From: a virus
Virus record (IMG/VR): IMGVR_UViG_3300017754_001832
DNA length: 64,000 bases
Strand: one strand, 5' to 3'
Part shown: positions 35,212 to 45,220 of the stretch, one piece after another
How the letters are laid out: each line of letters opens with the position of its first letter
How positions within the stretch are numbered: the first letter of the stretch is position 1
Position numbers and translations under genes: made by a program
Notes under the pieces: generated by a model
What the model saw: the letters and a program-made list of their open reading frames with translations, nothing else
Told to the model about the DNA's origin: nothing
Database searches by the model: none

Positions 35212-36281
35212 TACGCACCCGCAGAGTTCGAGTCTTCCTCACCAACAGCGTAGGCGTAGCCCACCCACAGCGAGGTCTCGAACTCTGGCGGGTTCGAGCC
35301 GCTGCCGGTCGACTCGGGCATCGTGACTTCGGAGCGGCGCGCGTGCGAGGGGAAGACCCGCCACAGCATACCGCCGACGATGATCTCTGCACCCGGCTGG
35401 AGGTCTTGCATGTGGACGTGGCGAACGCCGGCCGGGCGACCGATCGGTCGGAACTCCACATCGCCGACGATGGGGTCCGCGTTGTAGAGGTTGATCGGCG
35501 AGAGCGTGTTGAGGCTCGCGAACGGCGAGCGACCGCGTGCCAGATAACCATCGTTGATCGCGTCGTTGTAGCCGCCGATCACACCGTTCACCGGGAAGCT
35601 CAGCAGGGGCGTGCTGCTCGTCGCAGTCGAGCCCACGAAGAAGCGCCACGGGTAGGCGTTGTCCGCGTGATCCACATGCACGCCGCCACTCTCCGCCGCA
35701 GCCCTGCGGCTCTGACGGCCCGAGAAGAGGTACTTCATGTCGAGGTCGTAGTAGACTCGAGTCGAAGAGGAGTTGCCGGGTCCATCGGTGGCCGAGATGC
35801 ACTCGCCGCCCTGATAGTCGCCGACCTTCTCCATGTTGCCGATATACATGTGCCGGTAGAGGTTCGAGCCATACTCCACGATGATCGCGATGTAGGGCTC
35901 GGGGGTGAGCGCCCCGATCAGGTGGACTTGCGTCGGCAGAACGACGGCCGGCGATCCTGCACCGACGACCGGCGACGCGAAGATCGCGGAGCCCGCCTGC
36001 AATGCGGTCACAGCGGAGTTCGATTCGGAGTCGTACTGATACGCCGCACAGGTGAGGGTGTGCGTGCTGCCGGCCACCGAGGCGGTGACTTGGAACGGGA
36101 TCGCATCGCTCGCCTCGAAGGCCGAGTTCGATCCGGAGTTCGAGTCGCCGCCCTGCGGCCTGCGGAGGATCGGTTGCGTGGGAGTGGTGAGGTCCGTCTC
36201 CCATCCGATCAATGCTGCGAACGTGCCGACCAGAGCCGGCACGTCCGTAATCGCGCTGATGGAGTTTACTTGGTATGTCAC
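35211..36281 (-). CDS. Virion structural protein (356 aa), GTG start
   Basis: GTGA overlap. Contains GDSNSGSNSA and DSESNSA. C-terminus EEDSNSAGA. Architecture resembles the 36278..37342 product. Confidence 0.7.
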   Translation of the reverse strand: MTYQVNSISAITDVPALVGTFAALIGWETDLTTPTQPILRRPQGGDSNSGSNSAFEASDAIPFQVTASVAGSTHTLTCAAYQYDSESNSAVTALQAGSAIFASPVVGAGSPAVVLPTQVHLIGALTPEPYIAIIVEYGSNLYRHMYIGNMEKVGDYQGGECISATDGPGNSSSTRVYYDLDMKYLFSGRQSRRAAAESGGVHVDHADNAYPWRFFVGSTATSSTPLLSFPVNGVIGGYNDAINDGYLARGRSPFASLNTLSPINLYNADPIVGDVEFRPIGRPAGVRHVHMQDLQPGAEIIVGGMLWRVFPSHARRSEVTMPESTGSGSNPPEFETSLWVGYAYAVGEEDSNSAGA

Positions 36282-37342
36282 GAGTTGGACTCCTCGTTCG
36301 CGATGAATGCACTGTTACTATCTTCTGGCCCGCGTGTCACGGCGAACCAATTTCCAAGTGCGGTGCGGAAGGTGTTCTGGAAGACGATGTGGACGGAGTT
36401 CTCCGCCTGGATCACATTCTCGATTGTCTGGCCTCGGCCGGGCACGCGGTAGACGCCATCCAGCACGCCGAAGGTCTGGTCGCTCGGGCTGGCCTGCGTG
36501 AGCGTGAAAGGGGTGAGCGTGAAGCTATCGCCATACGCCACCTGCTCACGCTTGCTCACGTCCTCGTAGCCGTACTCGCCGCTGCCCGAGTTCGATTGCA
36601 CAGAGTTGAGGACCGCGCCGAGCCCGAGGCCAACGCCGAAGAACGCCGGGCCGATGCAGGCCGGCGCCGACGTGTCATTCTTCGAGACCTTCAGCCAGTT
36701 GCCAGAGGGATCGAGCATCCACGCGCTCGGCATGTAGCCGCTCGACCCGGTCGACGAGTTGCTGTTGGAGAAGCAGAAGGCGGAGTGATCGTCGGAGACC
36801 GAGGAGTGCGAGGTCGACTCCGAGGAGCCGCCCGATCCACACGAGCCGCCGATGAACATCGGATAGGTGTAGACCGTGGGGTCCGCGTAGGGGAGGAAGA
36901 AGCCGGCATACATCGTCTCGTAGACCGTGCCGACCTGGACAACGATGATGAAGCGACGACCGTTCGCGATGAACCAATAGCGCATCGTGTTCGGGCGCGT
37001 GAACATCTTGACCGGATACGGGGTCATGTTGACGTGCAGGTCGTAGCTGGCAGCCGACTCCACGATGCCCGTGCAGCCGCGCATGTACCACGTGCTCACA
37101 TCGCCAGCGACGTTCGAGTCATCGCGCTTCATCGCCACATAGACAGACGCATCTGCCGCGAGGCCGGGGCCACGCAGCACGACGCCGAGAGCGGCGTCTG
37201 CGGAGTCGCTGTTGGAGTCGGAACCCCATGCGATCTCCCAATTCTGTCCGAGGGCCACGAGTTCCGCGTCCGTCGTGATGAACGAGATGAACTTGTCCCA
37301 AAGATCGGCGTGATTGGTCGCCGTGCCTGTCTGGTAAGCCAT
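36278..37342 (-). CDS. Virion structural protein (354 aa)
   Basis: Contains SDSNSD, QSNSG, SNSNS and EDSNSA. C-terminus EESNS. Lies directly downstream of the tape measure gene. Confidence 0.7.
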   Translation of the reverse strand: MAYQTGTATNHADLWDKFISFITTDAELVALGQNWEIAWGSDSNSDSADAALGVVLRGPGLAADASVYVAMKRDDSNVAGDVSTWYMRGCTGIVESAASYDLHVNMTPYPVKMFTRPNTMRYWFIANGRRFIIVVQVGTVYETMYAGFFLPYADPTVYTYPMFIGGSCGSGGSSESTSHSSVSDDHSAFCFSNSNSSTGSSGYMPSAWMLDPSGNWLKVSKNDTSAPACIGPAFFGVGLGLGAVLNSVQSNSGSGEYGYEDVSKREQVAYGDSFTLTPFTLTQASPSDQTFGVLDGVYRVPGRGQTIENVIQAENSVHIVFQNTFRTALGNWFAVTRGPEDSNSAFIANEESNS

Positions 37343-40300
37343 TAGCTGAGTGCTCCGTTCACGGCTGTTTTGTTATCGCGGATGTAGTTCATGAAGGCTT
37401 GCTGCCCCACCGGGCTGTTGAGGCCCGCTTGGATGAAGTCAGCCGCGTCCACGAAGTTGTTGATGACGGGTCGCTTGTCTCCACCACCACCGCCAATGCC
37501 CGCATTCTTGATGTGACGCGGGTTGTTCTCGGTGACGACCTCTTCGCCCTTCTGGAGGATCGCGGCGACCTCATTCTTGCGAAGGCCCGGCAGACCGCCA
37601 TTGTGGAAGCGGCCCGCGTTGCGGAACAGGGAGGCCGGCACGGTGCGCTTCTGGAGGCCCGCCCCCGCGATACCGCCACCGTGCGCGATGCCTGCCACTG
37701 CCGAGGCAGCAGCCGCAGCCGCGATAGCCGCAGCAGCCGCAGCACCCGCCGTCGTGATCGCGGCTGCCAGAGACAGGCCGGTGGCCGTCAGAGCAGCGCC
37801 CGCCGTCGTTCCCGCAGTGGTGATGCCGACCGCCGTCGTCGTTCCCGCCGTCGTGACCGAAGTTGCTGCGGTCACACCAGCAGTCGTCAGGGACGCGGAG
37901 ATCGTGGCAGCCGCAGCCGTTGCGGCCGGGTTGAGTGAAGCCACGCCGCTCGCCACGCCATCAAGCAGGCCGCCGATGGGCGTGTTCTGGAGCGCGTTGA
38001 GGACGGCCTGCTGCGCGATCATCTCTGCGATCTTCAGCAGGAAGTCCGCGCCAAACTGGAGGGCCGCGTCTCGGATGTTGCGGAAGACCTTCTCCCACCG
38101 CTCACCCTCGTCGATGCCTTTGCCGATAGCCGCGCCAGCCGCGAGGATGGCGTCAACAGCACCGCTGCCGAACGCATCACGCACCTGCTGCTTGATCTCC
38201 AGCAGCTTGATCTGTTGTTCCGAGAGTTCGACGTTGACCCGAGTCAGGGCCGCGATTGCCTTCTCGTCGCCGAGGGCACGCGCCAGAGCCAGCGCCTCTT
38301 CTTTCGCGGCGAGGATTTTGACTCGCATCTCTTCGAGCGCGGCAGTACGGCCTTGCGTCTCCTCGGCGGAGAGGGCGCCACCTTCGCTGAGTTTGTTGAA
38401 CTCCTCCAGAGCTTCCTGGCGCTGACGCTCCAGAGCGCGGACATCTTCGACCGCGTCCTTCAGCTTCTTCTCGGCACGCTCGCGTTCGATGATCTGCGAA
38501 GTGACGGCAGCCCATGCCTGTCCTTCTTTCGAGAGCAGGTCGATGTTCTGCTGGATCGCCAGACGTTCGACTTCCTGTTGGACAGTCGTCTCTTCGCCGA
38601 GCAACTTCCGCAGTTCCGCCTGCTGTTCCAGAACGGAGTTGTGGACGCGCTCTGCCTCGGTCGCGTCGAAGAGTGCGCCAACGCTGGCGCGCAACGCATC
38701 CTCTTGCGTCTGCGTGAACTTGAGGCCGTCCTCTTGCGCCTTTTGCTTCGCAGCGAAGATGGCCTTCTCGATCTCCTGATCGCGCAGCGACTTGCCGACG
38801 AGGGTTGCCTCGAAGCGACGGAGGTCGATGCTGCGCTGGAGTTCGTCGTTGAACTCTTTCTGCGGATCGCGAGGAGGCTTGTCACGCTTCGCGGCCTTGG
38901 CGTCTTCAGCCGCGAACTCTTTCTCAAGCTGAGCGCGGGCCGCCGCGATGAGTTCGAGACGGCGCTTCACTTCCGCCGGGTCTTGGATGCCGAGCAGGGA
39001 CTTGCCGCCAGCGTCGCTGAGCTTCTGCCGTTTGGCATCGCGCTCGCGCTGCTTGGCGATCTCGGGCAGGAACGACTCAACCTCAGACAGAGCAGCCGCC
39101 GCTTGGTCCGCGACACGGCGTTGCTCCGCGAGAGCGTCGGTGGTGCGCTTGATGGAGCCGGTCGTCGTGTCGTAGCTCAGACCGAGGCGCGCAATGGTGC
39201 GGTCGATGTCGATGGTCGAGTCGCCAAGCTGCTTCGTGATGATGGCCTGCCGACCCATCGCTTGCTCGACTTCGCTGGCCTTGTCGGTGACGCCGATGAG
39301 GCTCGATGCGAAACCCTGGATCGCATTCGCAGCGGGACCGTCCAGTGTGTCGCTGACCTTCCGGACTTCCGCCTGGAACTCGCTGATCGTCAGCTTGCCT
39401 TGGATGAACTTGCTCGCCAGAGCGCCGAGCTTCTGCGCGGCCTCTTCACCGACGACGCCGCTGTTCATGCGCGCGAAGTCTGCCACCACGTCGAACGCGG
39501 CCTTGCGCGATTCGTCGCGCAGCTTCACGTATTCGTTCGCGAGGTCGTCGAGGTTCTTGCGAGCGCGCAGTGCGTCAGTCGCAACGAGCGTTGCATTGAA
39601 CGCCCGGCCGGCGCGCTCTGCTTCGTTGGTTTCCGCCGTGTAGGAGTCGAGTTGGCGCGTGTGCTCGTCGAGCGCGGTGGTAGCGCCATCGACCTTGGTC
39701 GCCATGTCGAAGAACATGCCGCCGAGCAGGGATACCGCAGTGAACGCGAGAGCCAGAGGGCCGAGAGCCCTGATCGCCGTGATCGCGGCGGTGGCAAGAG
39801 AGCGAAGCGCGATGCCTGCGGCTGCGCTCGCTGCTGCGAACGTCTTGCTGGCCGTACCCGAGAAGATAAGAGCCCTGCCCATGGTGAGGGCCGAAGCTGC
39901 GGCGACTCGAACCGCAAGATTGAACCCTGCGACGGCGTTCTGCGCGGACACCATCGTCACGACCTGCGCACGCTCGGCAGCCGTCAGCGCCAGAACTTCC
40001 TTGGTGGTGAAAGCCGTGGCTGCCGCGTTTGCGCGCAAGCCCGCAGTGAACTCCGTGAAGAACTTCGCAACCTTGAGCGCGATGAGCCCGGCGAAGACAG
40101 GCTTCAACGCACTCGCGACCTTCACGACCTCGGTGATGGCCTTGACTGCGTTTCCAAGCAGGGCGCCGAGTTGCAGGAAGAAGTCGCGGCCTTCGCGCGA
40201 TTTGAATCCTTCGTTGAGTTGCTTCAGCGACTCTTGCAGCGCGTCAGCGAAGCCACCTTCCGCCACCTTCTGCTGCGCCTGAAGCAGGTTGTTCGAGAAG

Positions 40301-42327
40301 CGGTCGATCTCGGTCGTGACCGTGTTGAGCGCAGCCGGCAGCGCACCACCAAAGCGGCGCGTCAGTTCGTCGGCGAACTTGAGCAGGGTCTCTTCAGACG
40401 CCGCGACCTCGCCGCGCCGGATCATCTTGTCCAGTTCGGCAGTCGAGACACCGAGGGCGTCAGCGAAGATGTTGAACGCGCCGGGCAGTCGGTCGCCCAA
40501 CTGCCTGCGAAGTTCTTCCATCGACACCGTGCCCTTCGACACGATCTGTTGCAGGGCGAGGAAGGTGCCTTCGAGTTCTTCGGTCGAGACCTTGTTGACG
40601 CGCGCTGCCTCGGCAACGGACGTGAAGATTTTCCGAGTCGACTCGGCAGAGAAGTTCGCCGCGTTCGTCGCGATGGCGAAGCGGCCATACTCCTGCGACA
40701 AGACCTGGAAGCTCAGACCGAGGCGATCCGCTTCCTGCGAGATGAAGCGAAGCTCCTCACGCACGCGGTTCTGGTTGCCGTCGAACACCGCCGTCAGTCG
40801 AGACTGCGCAGCCTCCACGGAGCGGAGGGCGTTGATGACGCCACCAATGGCCGTGATGCCGGCGTAGAAGCCGACGAAGGCCGTGGTGAGGCCGAGCACC
40901 TGTCCGCGAAGGCGCTGGAAGATCGAGAGCGCGCGACGGCTCTGGTCGGTCGATTGAGCGATGCCGCCTGCCGCCTGGCGTGCTGCCGGCCCGAGCGCGG
41001 TGAACGCACCAGCGAGAGACCGCACGTCCTGCCCGAGGATGCTCGCCACGAGGGAGAGCCTGCGCTGAGCGTTGACCTGTTGGTCGATAGCCAGCGCGGC
41101 AGACACGGCCTGCTGACGCGACTCCTGATCCGCCGCGATCTTGGCCCGCTCGGCTGCCGCCGCTTCCTTCAGCTTCACGCTGAGCGCGGAGAGTGCCTGA
41201 GTCTGGTTGCGCCATTCCTGCCCGGCGCCTTGCGCGTTGATCCGCGCCGCCAGAAGCTCGGCAGCAAGAGCCGCCGTCGGTTGTGCGGTCGCCGCCATCT
41301 CGGCCTTGAGGCGCTTCAGTTCGGCGCTGGCCTGCTGGAACGCGGCGCGAGCCTCGTTGACGGCTTGCTCCTGCGCACGGAAGGCGTTGACAGGCGCGTT
41401 CGCTGCGGCCCCCGCAGCCGTGGAGGCCCGCACGGCGGCCTGCTGGCGTGCCAGTGCGTCGGACACCTTCTGGATCGCCACGGCCACACGCGCGCTCTCT
41501 GCGGCGATAGCCTCCTGCTTCAGTTCCACCTGCCCGAGAGCGGCTGCTGCCGAAGTCGCGGAGGTCTTCACCTCGGCGAGCGCGGCCTGCGCCTGCTTTA
41601 CGGCAGCCGTTTCTTCCCCGGCCGCTGATGTCAGCTTCGCGAATTGATCCGTGACGCGCGCCAGATCGCGCTCGGCGAGTCGGGCTTGGCCCGAGAGCGA
41701 GGAGAACGCCTGCCCGGCGATCCGGACGTTGGCCTGCTGTTGCTGCACCACGGAGTTCTGGCGCGTCTGCGCCTCGATCAGGGCGACGAGCGAGTTGGCT
41801 TGTTGACGGACTGCGTCGCGTGCCTGATCGCTCGCGCCCTTCTGCGCGCGGAGAGCGACGACGAGTTGCTGGTAGCGATCCTTCGCCTTCTCGACCTCGG
41901 CATTGAGGGAGGCTTGCTCGCCGCGTGCGGATGCCAGATCGGCCTGCGAACGCTTCAGCGCGGCGCCGGCCTGCCGCGTGGCCGAGTCAAGCTCGGCGAA
42001 TTTGTCCGCCGTGGCTCCTGCGCGCTGGCCCGTCTCCAGAAGGCGCTGCTGCGTCTGCGCAAGCTCGACCTCCATGCGCTCCACGTTCTTCGTGGTGCGG
42101 TCGAAGTTGGAGGCCAGACGGTTGAGGCTCGTGAGCCCGGCCGCGTTGGCTTGCAGACTCTTCAGTTCGGAGGAGAGCTTGCCGAGGGCCGTGTTCGCGA
42201 TAGCGCCAGACTTGCTGAGCCCGCTCTGCGCCTTCGCCAGGTCGTTGATTGAACCAACGATTCCATCGACCGCAGCCTTCGCTTGGTCGCGCGCCTTGAT
42301 AATAAGCTCGACCTCACGCTTCGCCAT
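37342..42327 (-). CDS. Tail tape measure protein (1661 aa)
   Basis: Very long Ala/Gln/Glu/Leu-rich coiled coil with hydrophobic stretches. Lies after the G/GT chaperone pair. Confidence 0.9.
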   Translation of the reverse strand: MAKREVELIIKARDQAKAAVDGIVGSINDLAKAQSGLSKSGAIANTALGKLSSELKSLQANAAGLTSLNRLASNFDRTTKNVERMEVELAQTQQRLLETGQRAGATADKFAELDSATRQAGAALKRSQADLASARGEQASLNAEVEKAKDRYQQLVVALRAQKGASDQARDAVRQQANSLVALIEAQTRQNSVVQQQQANVRIAGQAFSSLSGQARLAERDLARVTDQFAKLTSAAGEETAAVKQAQAALAEVKTSATSAAAALGQVELKQEAIAAESARVAVAIQKVSDALARQQAAVRASTAAGAAANAPVNAFRAQEQAVNEARAAFQQASAELKRLKAEMAATAQPTAALAAELLAARINAQGAGQEWRNQTQALSALSVKLKEAAAAERAKIAADQESRQQAVSAALAIDQQVNAQRRLSLVASILGQDVRSLAGAFTALGPAARQAAGGIAQSTDQSRRALSIFQRLRGQVLGLTTAFVGFYAGITAIGGVINALRSVEAAQSRLTAVFDGNQNRVREELRFISQEADRLGLSFQVLSQEYGRFAIATNAANFSAESTRKIFTSVAEAARVNKVSTEELEGTFLALQQIVSKGTVSMEELRRQLGDRLPGAFNIFADALGVSTAELDKMIRRGEVAASEETLLKFADELTRRFGGALPAALNTVTTEIDRFSNNLLQAQQKVAEGGFADALQESLKQLNEGFKSREGRDFFLQLGALLGNAVKAITEVVKVASALKPVFAGLIALKVAKFFTEFTAGLRANAAATAFTTKEVLALTAAERAQVVTMVSAQNAVAGFNLAVRVAAASALTMGRALIFSGTASKTFAAASAAAGIALRSLATAAITAIRALGPLALAFTAVSLLGGMFFDMATKVDGATTALDEHTRQLDSYTAETNEAERAGRAFNATLVATDALRARKNLDDLANEYVKLRDESRKAAFDVVADFARMNSGVVGEEAAQKLGALASKFIQGKLTISEFQAEVRKVSDTLDGPAANAIQGFASSLIGVTDKASEVEQAMGRQAIITKQLGDSTIDIDRTIARLGLSYDTTTGSIKRTTDALAEQRRVADQAAAALSEVESFLPEIAKQRERDAKRQKLSDAGGKSLLGIQDPAEVKRRLELIAAARAQLEKEFAAEDAKAAKRDKPPRDPQKEFNDELQRSIDLRRFEATLVGKSLRDQEIEKAIFAAKQKAQEDGLKFTQTQEDALRASVGALFDATEAERVHNSVLEQQAELRKLLGEETTVQQEVERLAIQQNIDLLSKEGQAWAAVTSQIIERERAEKKLKDAVEDVRALERQRQEALEEFNKLSEGGALSAEETQGRTAALEEMRVKILAAKEEALALARALGDEKAIAALTRVNVELSEQQIKLLEIKQQVRDAFGSGAVDAILAAGAAIGKGIDEGERWEKVFRNIRDAALQFGADFLLKIAEMIAQQAVLNALQNTPIGGLLDGVASGVASLNPAATAAAATISASLTTAGVTAATSVTTAGTTTAVGITTAGTTAGAALTATGLSLAAAITTAGAAAAAAIAAAAAASAVAGIAHGGGIAGAGLQKRTVPASLFRNAGRFHNGGLPGLRKNEVAAILQKGEEVVTENNPRHIKNAGIGGGGGDKRPVINNFVDAADFIQAGLNSPVGQQAFMNYIRDNKTAVNGALS

Positions 42328-42772
42328 AGCGGTTGCCCTTCGAGACGTTTTCCAGCGCCGGAAGGTACTGGAGGTTGTTCAAAACATGCAGCCCCGAGAC
42401 GTTTTTCCCACGCAACGGGACAATGTGATCTACGTGATACCCCAAAGGACAGGCTTCGTAAAATCGCTCTATGGCTTTTAGATCGGCCCACGCGGGGGTC
42501 TGCTGAGACAAGCACGCACGGCGCTTGGCTTCCTTGGCGTTTTTCTTTCCGGGGTTGTTCCTCGCCCATGCGGCGATGGCGGCCCGATCCTTGGCTTTTT
42601 GTTCTTCGGATCGAGCCGCTTTAGACGCACGGACGCGGTCGGGGTGTCGCTGCCTGTATCGTTTGGCAGCCTCTCGTTTAGCCTCCGGGTTGCGGGCGGC
42701 CCAACCGTCTGCGGGGTTGCGCCGTTTCCACTCGCGTTGGGCCGCCCGCTGTTTGCTGATGTCGCGCGCCAT
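42314..42772 (-). CDS. HNH endonuclease (152 aa)
   Basis: HVDHIVPLRGKNVSGLHVLNNLQYLPALENVSKGN. Basic repeat-rich N-terminus. Wedged between the chaperone and tape measure genes. Confidence 0.8.
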   Translation of the reverse strand: MARDISKQRAAQREWKRRNPADGWAARNPEAKREAAKRYRQRHPDRVRASKAARSEEQKAKDRAAIAAWARNNPGKKNAKEAKRRACLSQQTPAWADLKAIERFYEACPLGYHVDHIVPLRGKNVSGLHVLNNLQYLPALENVSKGNRYGEA

Positions 42773-43179
42773 TAGCCTAGGATGTCTTGGTCTGAGCGTC
42801 TTTTGACGGGAGGAGGCAGGCGCGGATCGCGGCGTCCCTTGGTCGGGATGATCGCGGGCTTCGCGGTCTGCGTCTTCGTCTCCGCCGGCTCTTGCCCCTT
42901 CGATCCTCCACCGAGGTCGTTGAGCATTTTCTGAAAGCCCTTGGCGCCCTTCTTATCCATCACGGAGATGATCGCGCCCTGAGTCAGGACGGCGTTCGTG
43001 ATGAGTGCATCGTTGATGCGCTTCGTCAGGCGAGCCGCCTCTTGCCATACGGCGTAGAGGGGCCACCTGTCCGCGTCAGGGAAGCCGTGGGCCTTCAGGA
43101 GGCCGACTGTATTCCAGACACCATCGAGCCAGACGCGGAGGTTCGCAGGGCGCTCACGAGACCGTTGACGCCCCCGAAC
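42772..43179 (-). CDS. T-like extension frame of the tail assembly chaperone, reached by a -1 frameshift
   Basis: The -1 frame is open across the G stop and reads ...NLRVWLDGVWNTVGLLKAHGFPDADRWPLYAVWQEAARLTKRIN...DQDILG. The candidate slip region TTCGGGGGC (43171-43179) is not a canonical heptamer. Confidence 0.55.
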   Translation of the reverse strand, partial: VRGRQRSRERPANLRVWLDGVWNTVGLLKAHGFPDADRWPLYAVWQEAARLTKRINDALITNAVLTQGAIISVMDKKGAKGFQKMLNDLGGGSKGQEPAETKTQTAKPAIIPTKGRRDPRLPPPVKRRSDQDILG

Positions 43180-43664
43180 AGGCTGGTCACGGTCTCGATC
43201 AACTCCCCCACACCGCCATGATCCTCCAGCGTCAGCCGGGCGACCTCTTGGATGATCTTGAGTTGGACAGGGACCGGGAGGCGCTTCGCCACCTCGAACG
43301 CCTTGGTCTGGTCTGCGTCGTCGGTGACGAGCACAACCATGTCGGCGATGAGGTCGGGGAACTGCTCGACGAGTTGCAGGAGGATCGGGCCGAGATCGAG
43401 CGCGCTCTCCTCGACCGTGGTCGGGTCAACACCCTTGGCTACCGCAGCGTCGTGGATCAGCGTGTCGGCGTGAACCTTGTTGGCGATGGTGCGCTCGAAG
43501 ATCATCACCATGGTCGGGCCGTGGACCCGCATGAGTTTGACGAGGTCGCCTGCGGACAGGCCGCGCACTTGGATGTTCTGCTCGGGCTTGTCGCCCTTGG
43601 CCTTGCGGATGGTGATCTCGGCGGTTTCAAAGCCGATGGACGAAAGCTGACTGACGGACTTCAT
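43095..43664 (-). CDS. Tail assembly chaperone (gpG-like), 189 aa
   Basis: Internal ATG after AGAAGAGGG (MKSVSQLSSIGFE...). Position between the major tail and tape measure genes. Confidence 0.7.
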   Translation of the reverse strand: MKSVSQLSSIGFETAEITIRKAKGDKPEQNIQVRGLSAGDLVKLMRVHGPTMVMIFERTIANKVHADTLIHDAAVAKGVDPTTVEESALDLGPILLQLVEQFPDLIADMVVLVTDDADQTKAFEVAKRLPVPVQLKIIQEVARLTLEDHGGVGELIETVTSLFGGVNGLVSALRTSASGSMVSGIQSAS

Positions 43665-43748
43665 ATTTACCCTCTTCTGAAACGAGCCGGGGCCCGTAGC
43701 ATCTTGTGCCACGGGCCCCGGAAGATTGCAACCCAACTTCTACCTGTC

Positions 43749-44588
43749 TTAGGCGTAGGCGGGTCGGCCAAGGGCGTAGATCGCCGCGTAGCTGGTGGGC
43801 TTCAGGATTTCGACCTGGAACGGGATGACGTTCCACTCGTCCGACTTCAGCGCGTAGTCTCCGTTCGGGGAGACCTTGATCCACGGGAAGAAGTAGTCGA
43901 TGTCGTCGCCGACCGGGTTGAAGGCGATGAACTGCATCGCGCCTTCGACCGGCTCCGAACCCGAGAGGATGCGGTTGTAGGTCGAGGGACGGATCGTGTA
44001 CGTGACCTGAAGGTCCGTGCCGTCCGCGATGCCACCGCCAACGATGACGTACAGGCGGCCCGTCTCCGGATCGACCGTGTAGTCCGTGCCGTAGACGAAC
44101 TCCGTGTTGCCCGCCGAGTTCGAGTCGTTCTCGACAACCGTGAAGGCGCCGCCCGAGTTCGAGTCGGTGTCGCCACCGGCCACGAGGCCCTTCGCGCCGG
44201 CAGGGCGCGTGGTCGAGATGCCAAGCTGGTAGTAGAGGCCCTGCTCGACATCGTTGACTTCTTCGGCGGTGATCGTCGCACCAGCTTCCGTCACGACTTC
44301 TTCCTCGCCGAAGAAGAAGATGGCGACGTTCTTGATGTCGATGTTGTCGGTCGTGAAGGTGCCCGAGCGGTTGACCTGGAGAGCAATGCTCTCGTCCTTC
44401 TCGCGGATGCCGTGATCCGAGTTGAAGTGGTCGAGAACCTCTTGCTCGATGGTGAGCGAGAACTCCGGTGTGTTCCCGATATACCGGAAACCCTTTGGGG
44501 TTTGGGTGCCCGTGACAAAGCGGGCGAAACTGATTTCGCCACGACCCAGCGTGTAGTTGTTAGTGACAATGCCTTCGGTGGCGGCCAT
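43749..44588 (-). CDS. Major tail (tube) protein, gpV position (279 aa)
   Basis: Internal ATG after AGGAG (MAATEGIVTNNY...). Lambda-order synteny. Contains TDSNSG and NDSNSA. Confidence 0.75.
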   Translation of the reverse strand: MAATEGIVTNNYTLGRGEISFARFVTGTQTPKGFRYIGNTPEFSLTIEQEVLDHFNSDHGIREKDESIALQVNRSGTFTTDNIDIKNVAIFFFGEEEVVTEAGATITAEEVNDVEQGLYYQLGISTTRPAGAKGLVAGGDTDSNSGGAFTVVENDSNSAGNTEFVYGTDYTVDPETGRLYVIVGGGIADGTDLQVTYTIRPSTYNRILSGSEPVEGAMQFIAFNPVGDDIDYFFPWIKVSPNGDYALKSDEWNVIPFQVEILKPTSYAAIYALGRPAYA

Positions 44589-44665
44589 GGTGGTATCTCC
44601 TGCTGGCGGTGGTCCGTGTTCCTTACGTGTTACAGCCTCGCTGGCGTTGAAAGTCAACGCCTCAC

Positions 44666-45220
44666 TTAGCTGTACGGATTCTCCAAGTCCTCGGCGATCT
44701 TCAGCCGTATCGCGAGCCAGAAGTACGCCTTGCCCGAGACTTCATCCGGAGGGCGGCAGACCGGGCTCCCGATCTGCATTGAGATGACCCCCGGCTTACC
44801 ATTGGCCCCGCGAACACTCAACAGGGCAGGCCCAACGCCGGCCGGCGAGCGGCCCTGATCCAGCCGCTTCTTCTCTTTCGCGAGGCAGCGGCACACGTCG
44901 GCCACCAGAAGGTAGGCCGGATCGGTGGGGTTCGCCTTGTCGTCTTTGCAGAACCCCTGGATCGAGATGTCCCAATCGCCGGTCGAGTAGGGGGAGGATG
45001 CCGCAGAGTCGACCTGATCGTTGGCGATAGGCGTCTCCAGAATGGCGATCATCGGCAGGGGGTCGTTCTCCCCGTAGATGTTGCGGCCACGGAAGACGCG
45101 GCCCGCCAGATCGTGGTGGTAGCCGGTCGGCCCCGAGTTGGAATCCTCGATAGCGATGGTCTCCAGAAGCTCAGTGAGCTTGCGCATGACGCGGAGGCGG
45201 AAGGGGTAGGTCTCGGTCAT
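44666..45220 (-). CDS. Tail terminator, gpU position (184 aa)
   Basis: Synteny. Contains IEDSNSG. Confidence 0.6.
   Translation of the reverse strand: MTETYPFRLRVMRKLTELLETIAIEDSNSGPTGYHHDLAGRVFRGRNIYGENDPLPMIAILETPIANDQVDSAASSPYSTGDWDISIQGFCKDDKANPTDPAYLLVADVCRCLAKEKKRLDQGRSPAGVGPALLSVRGANGKPGVISMQIGSPVCRPPDEVSGKAYFWLAIRLKIAEDLENPYS

Noticed and set aside
35239-36312. Same-strand off-frame ORF (357 aa) overlapping the structural gene 35211..36281. Similar cases lie at 33576..34418 and 49696..50361.
   Set aside because: The composition is Arg/Pro/Gly-rich and there are no motifs. These ORFs show that a long open off-frame alone is not evidence for dual coding here. For that reason the 13818..14753 case rests on its SD, motifs and codon-bias shift instead.
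38215-41628. A 1137-aa ORF antisense to the tape measure gene. Similar long antisense ORFs lie at 33460..35253, 27544..28611, 43218..44669, 46764..48275, 23158..24123 and 9318..10130.
   Set aside because: These are typical shadow ORFs of a high-GC genome. They have Arg/Gly/Val/Asp/Leu-dominated composition, no recognisable motifs and no RBS. The opposite strand carries clearly identifiable genes.
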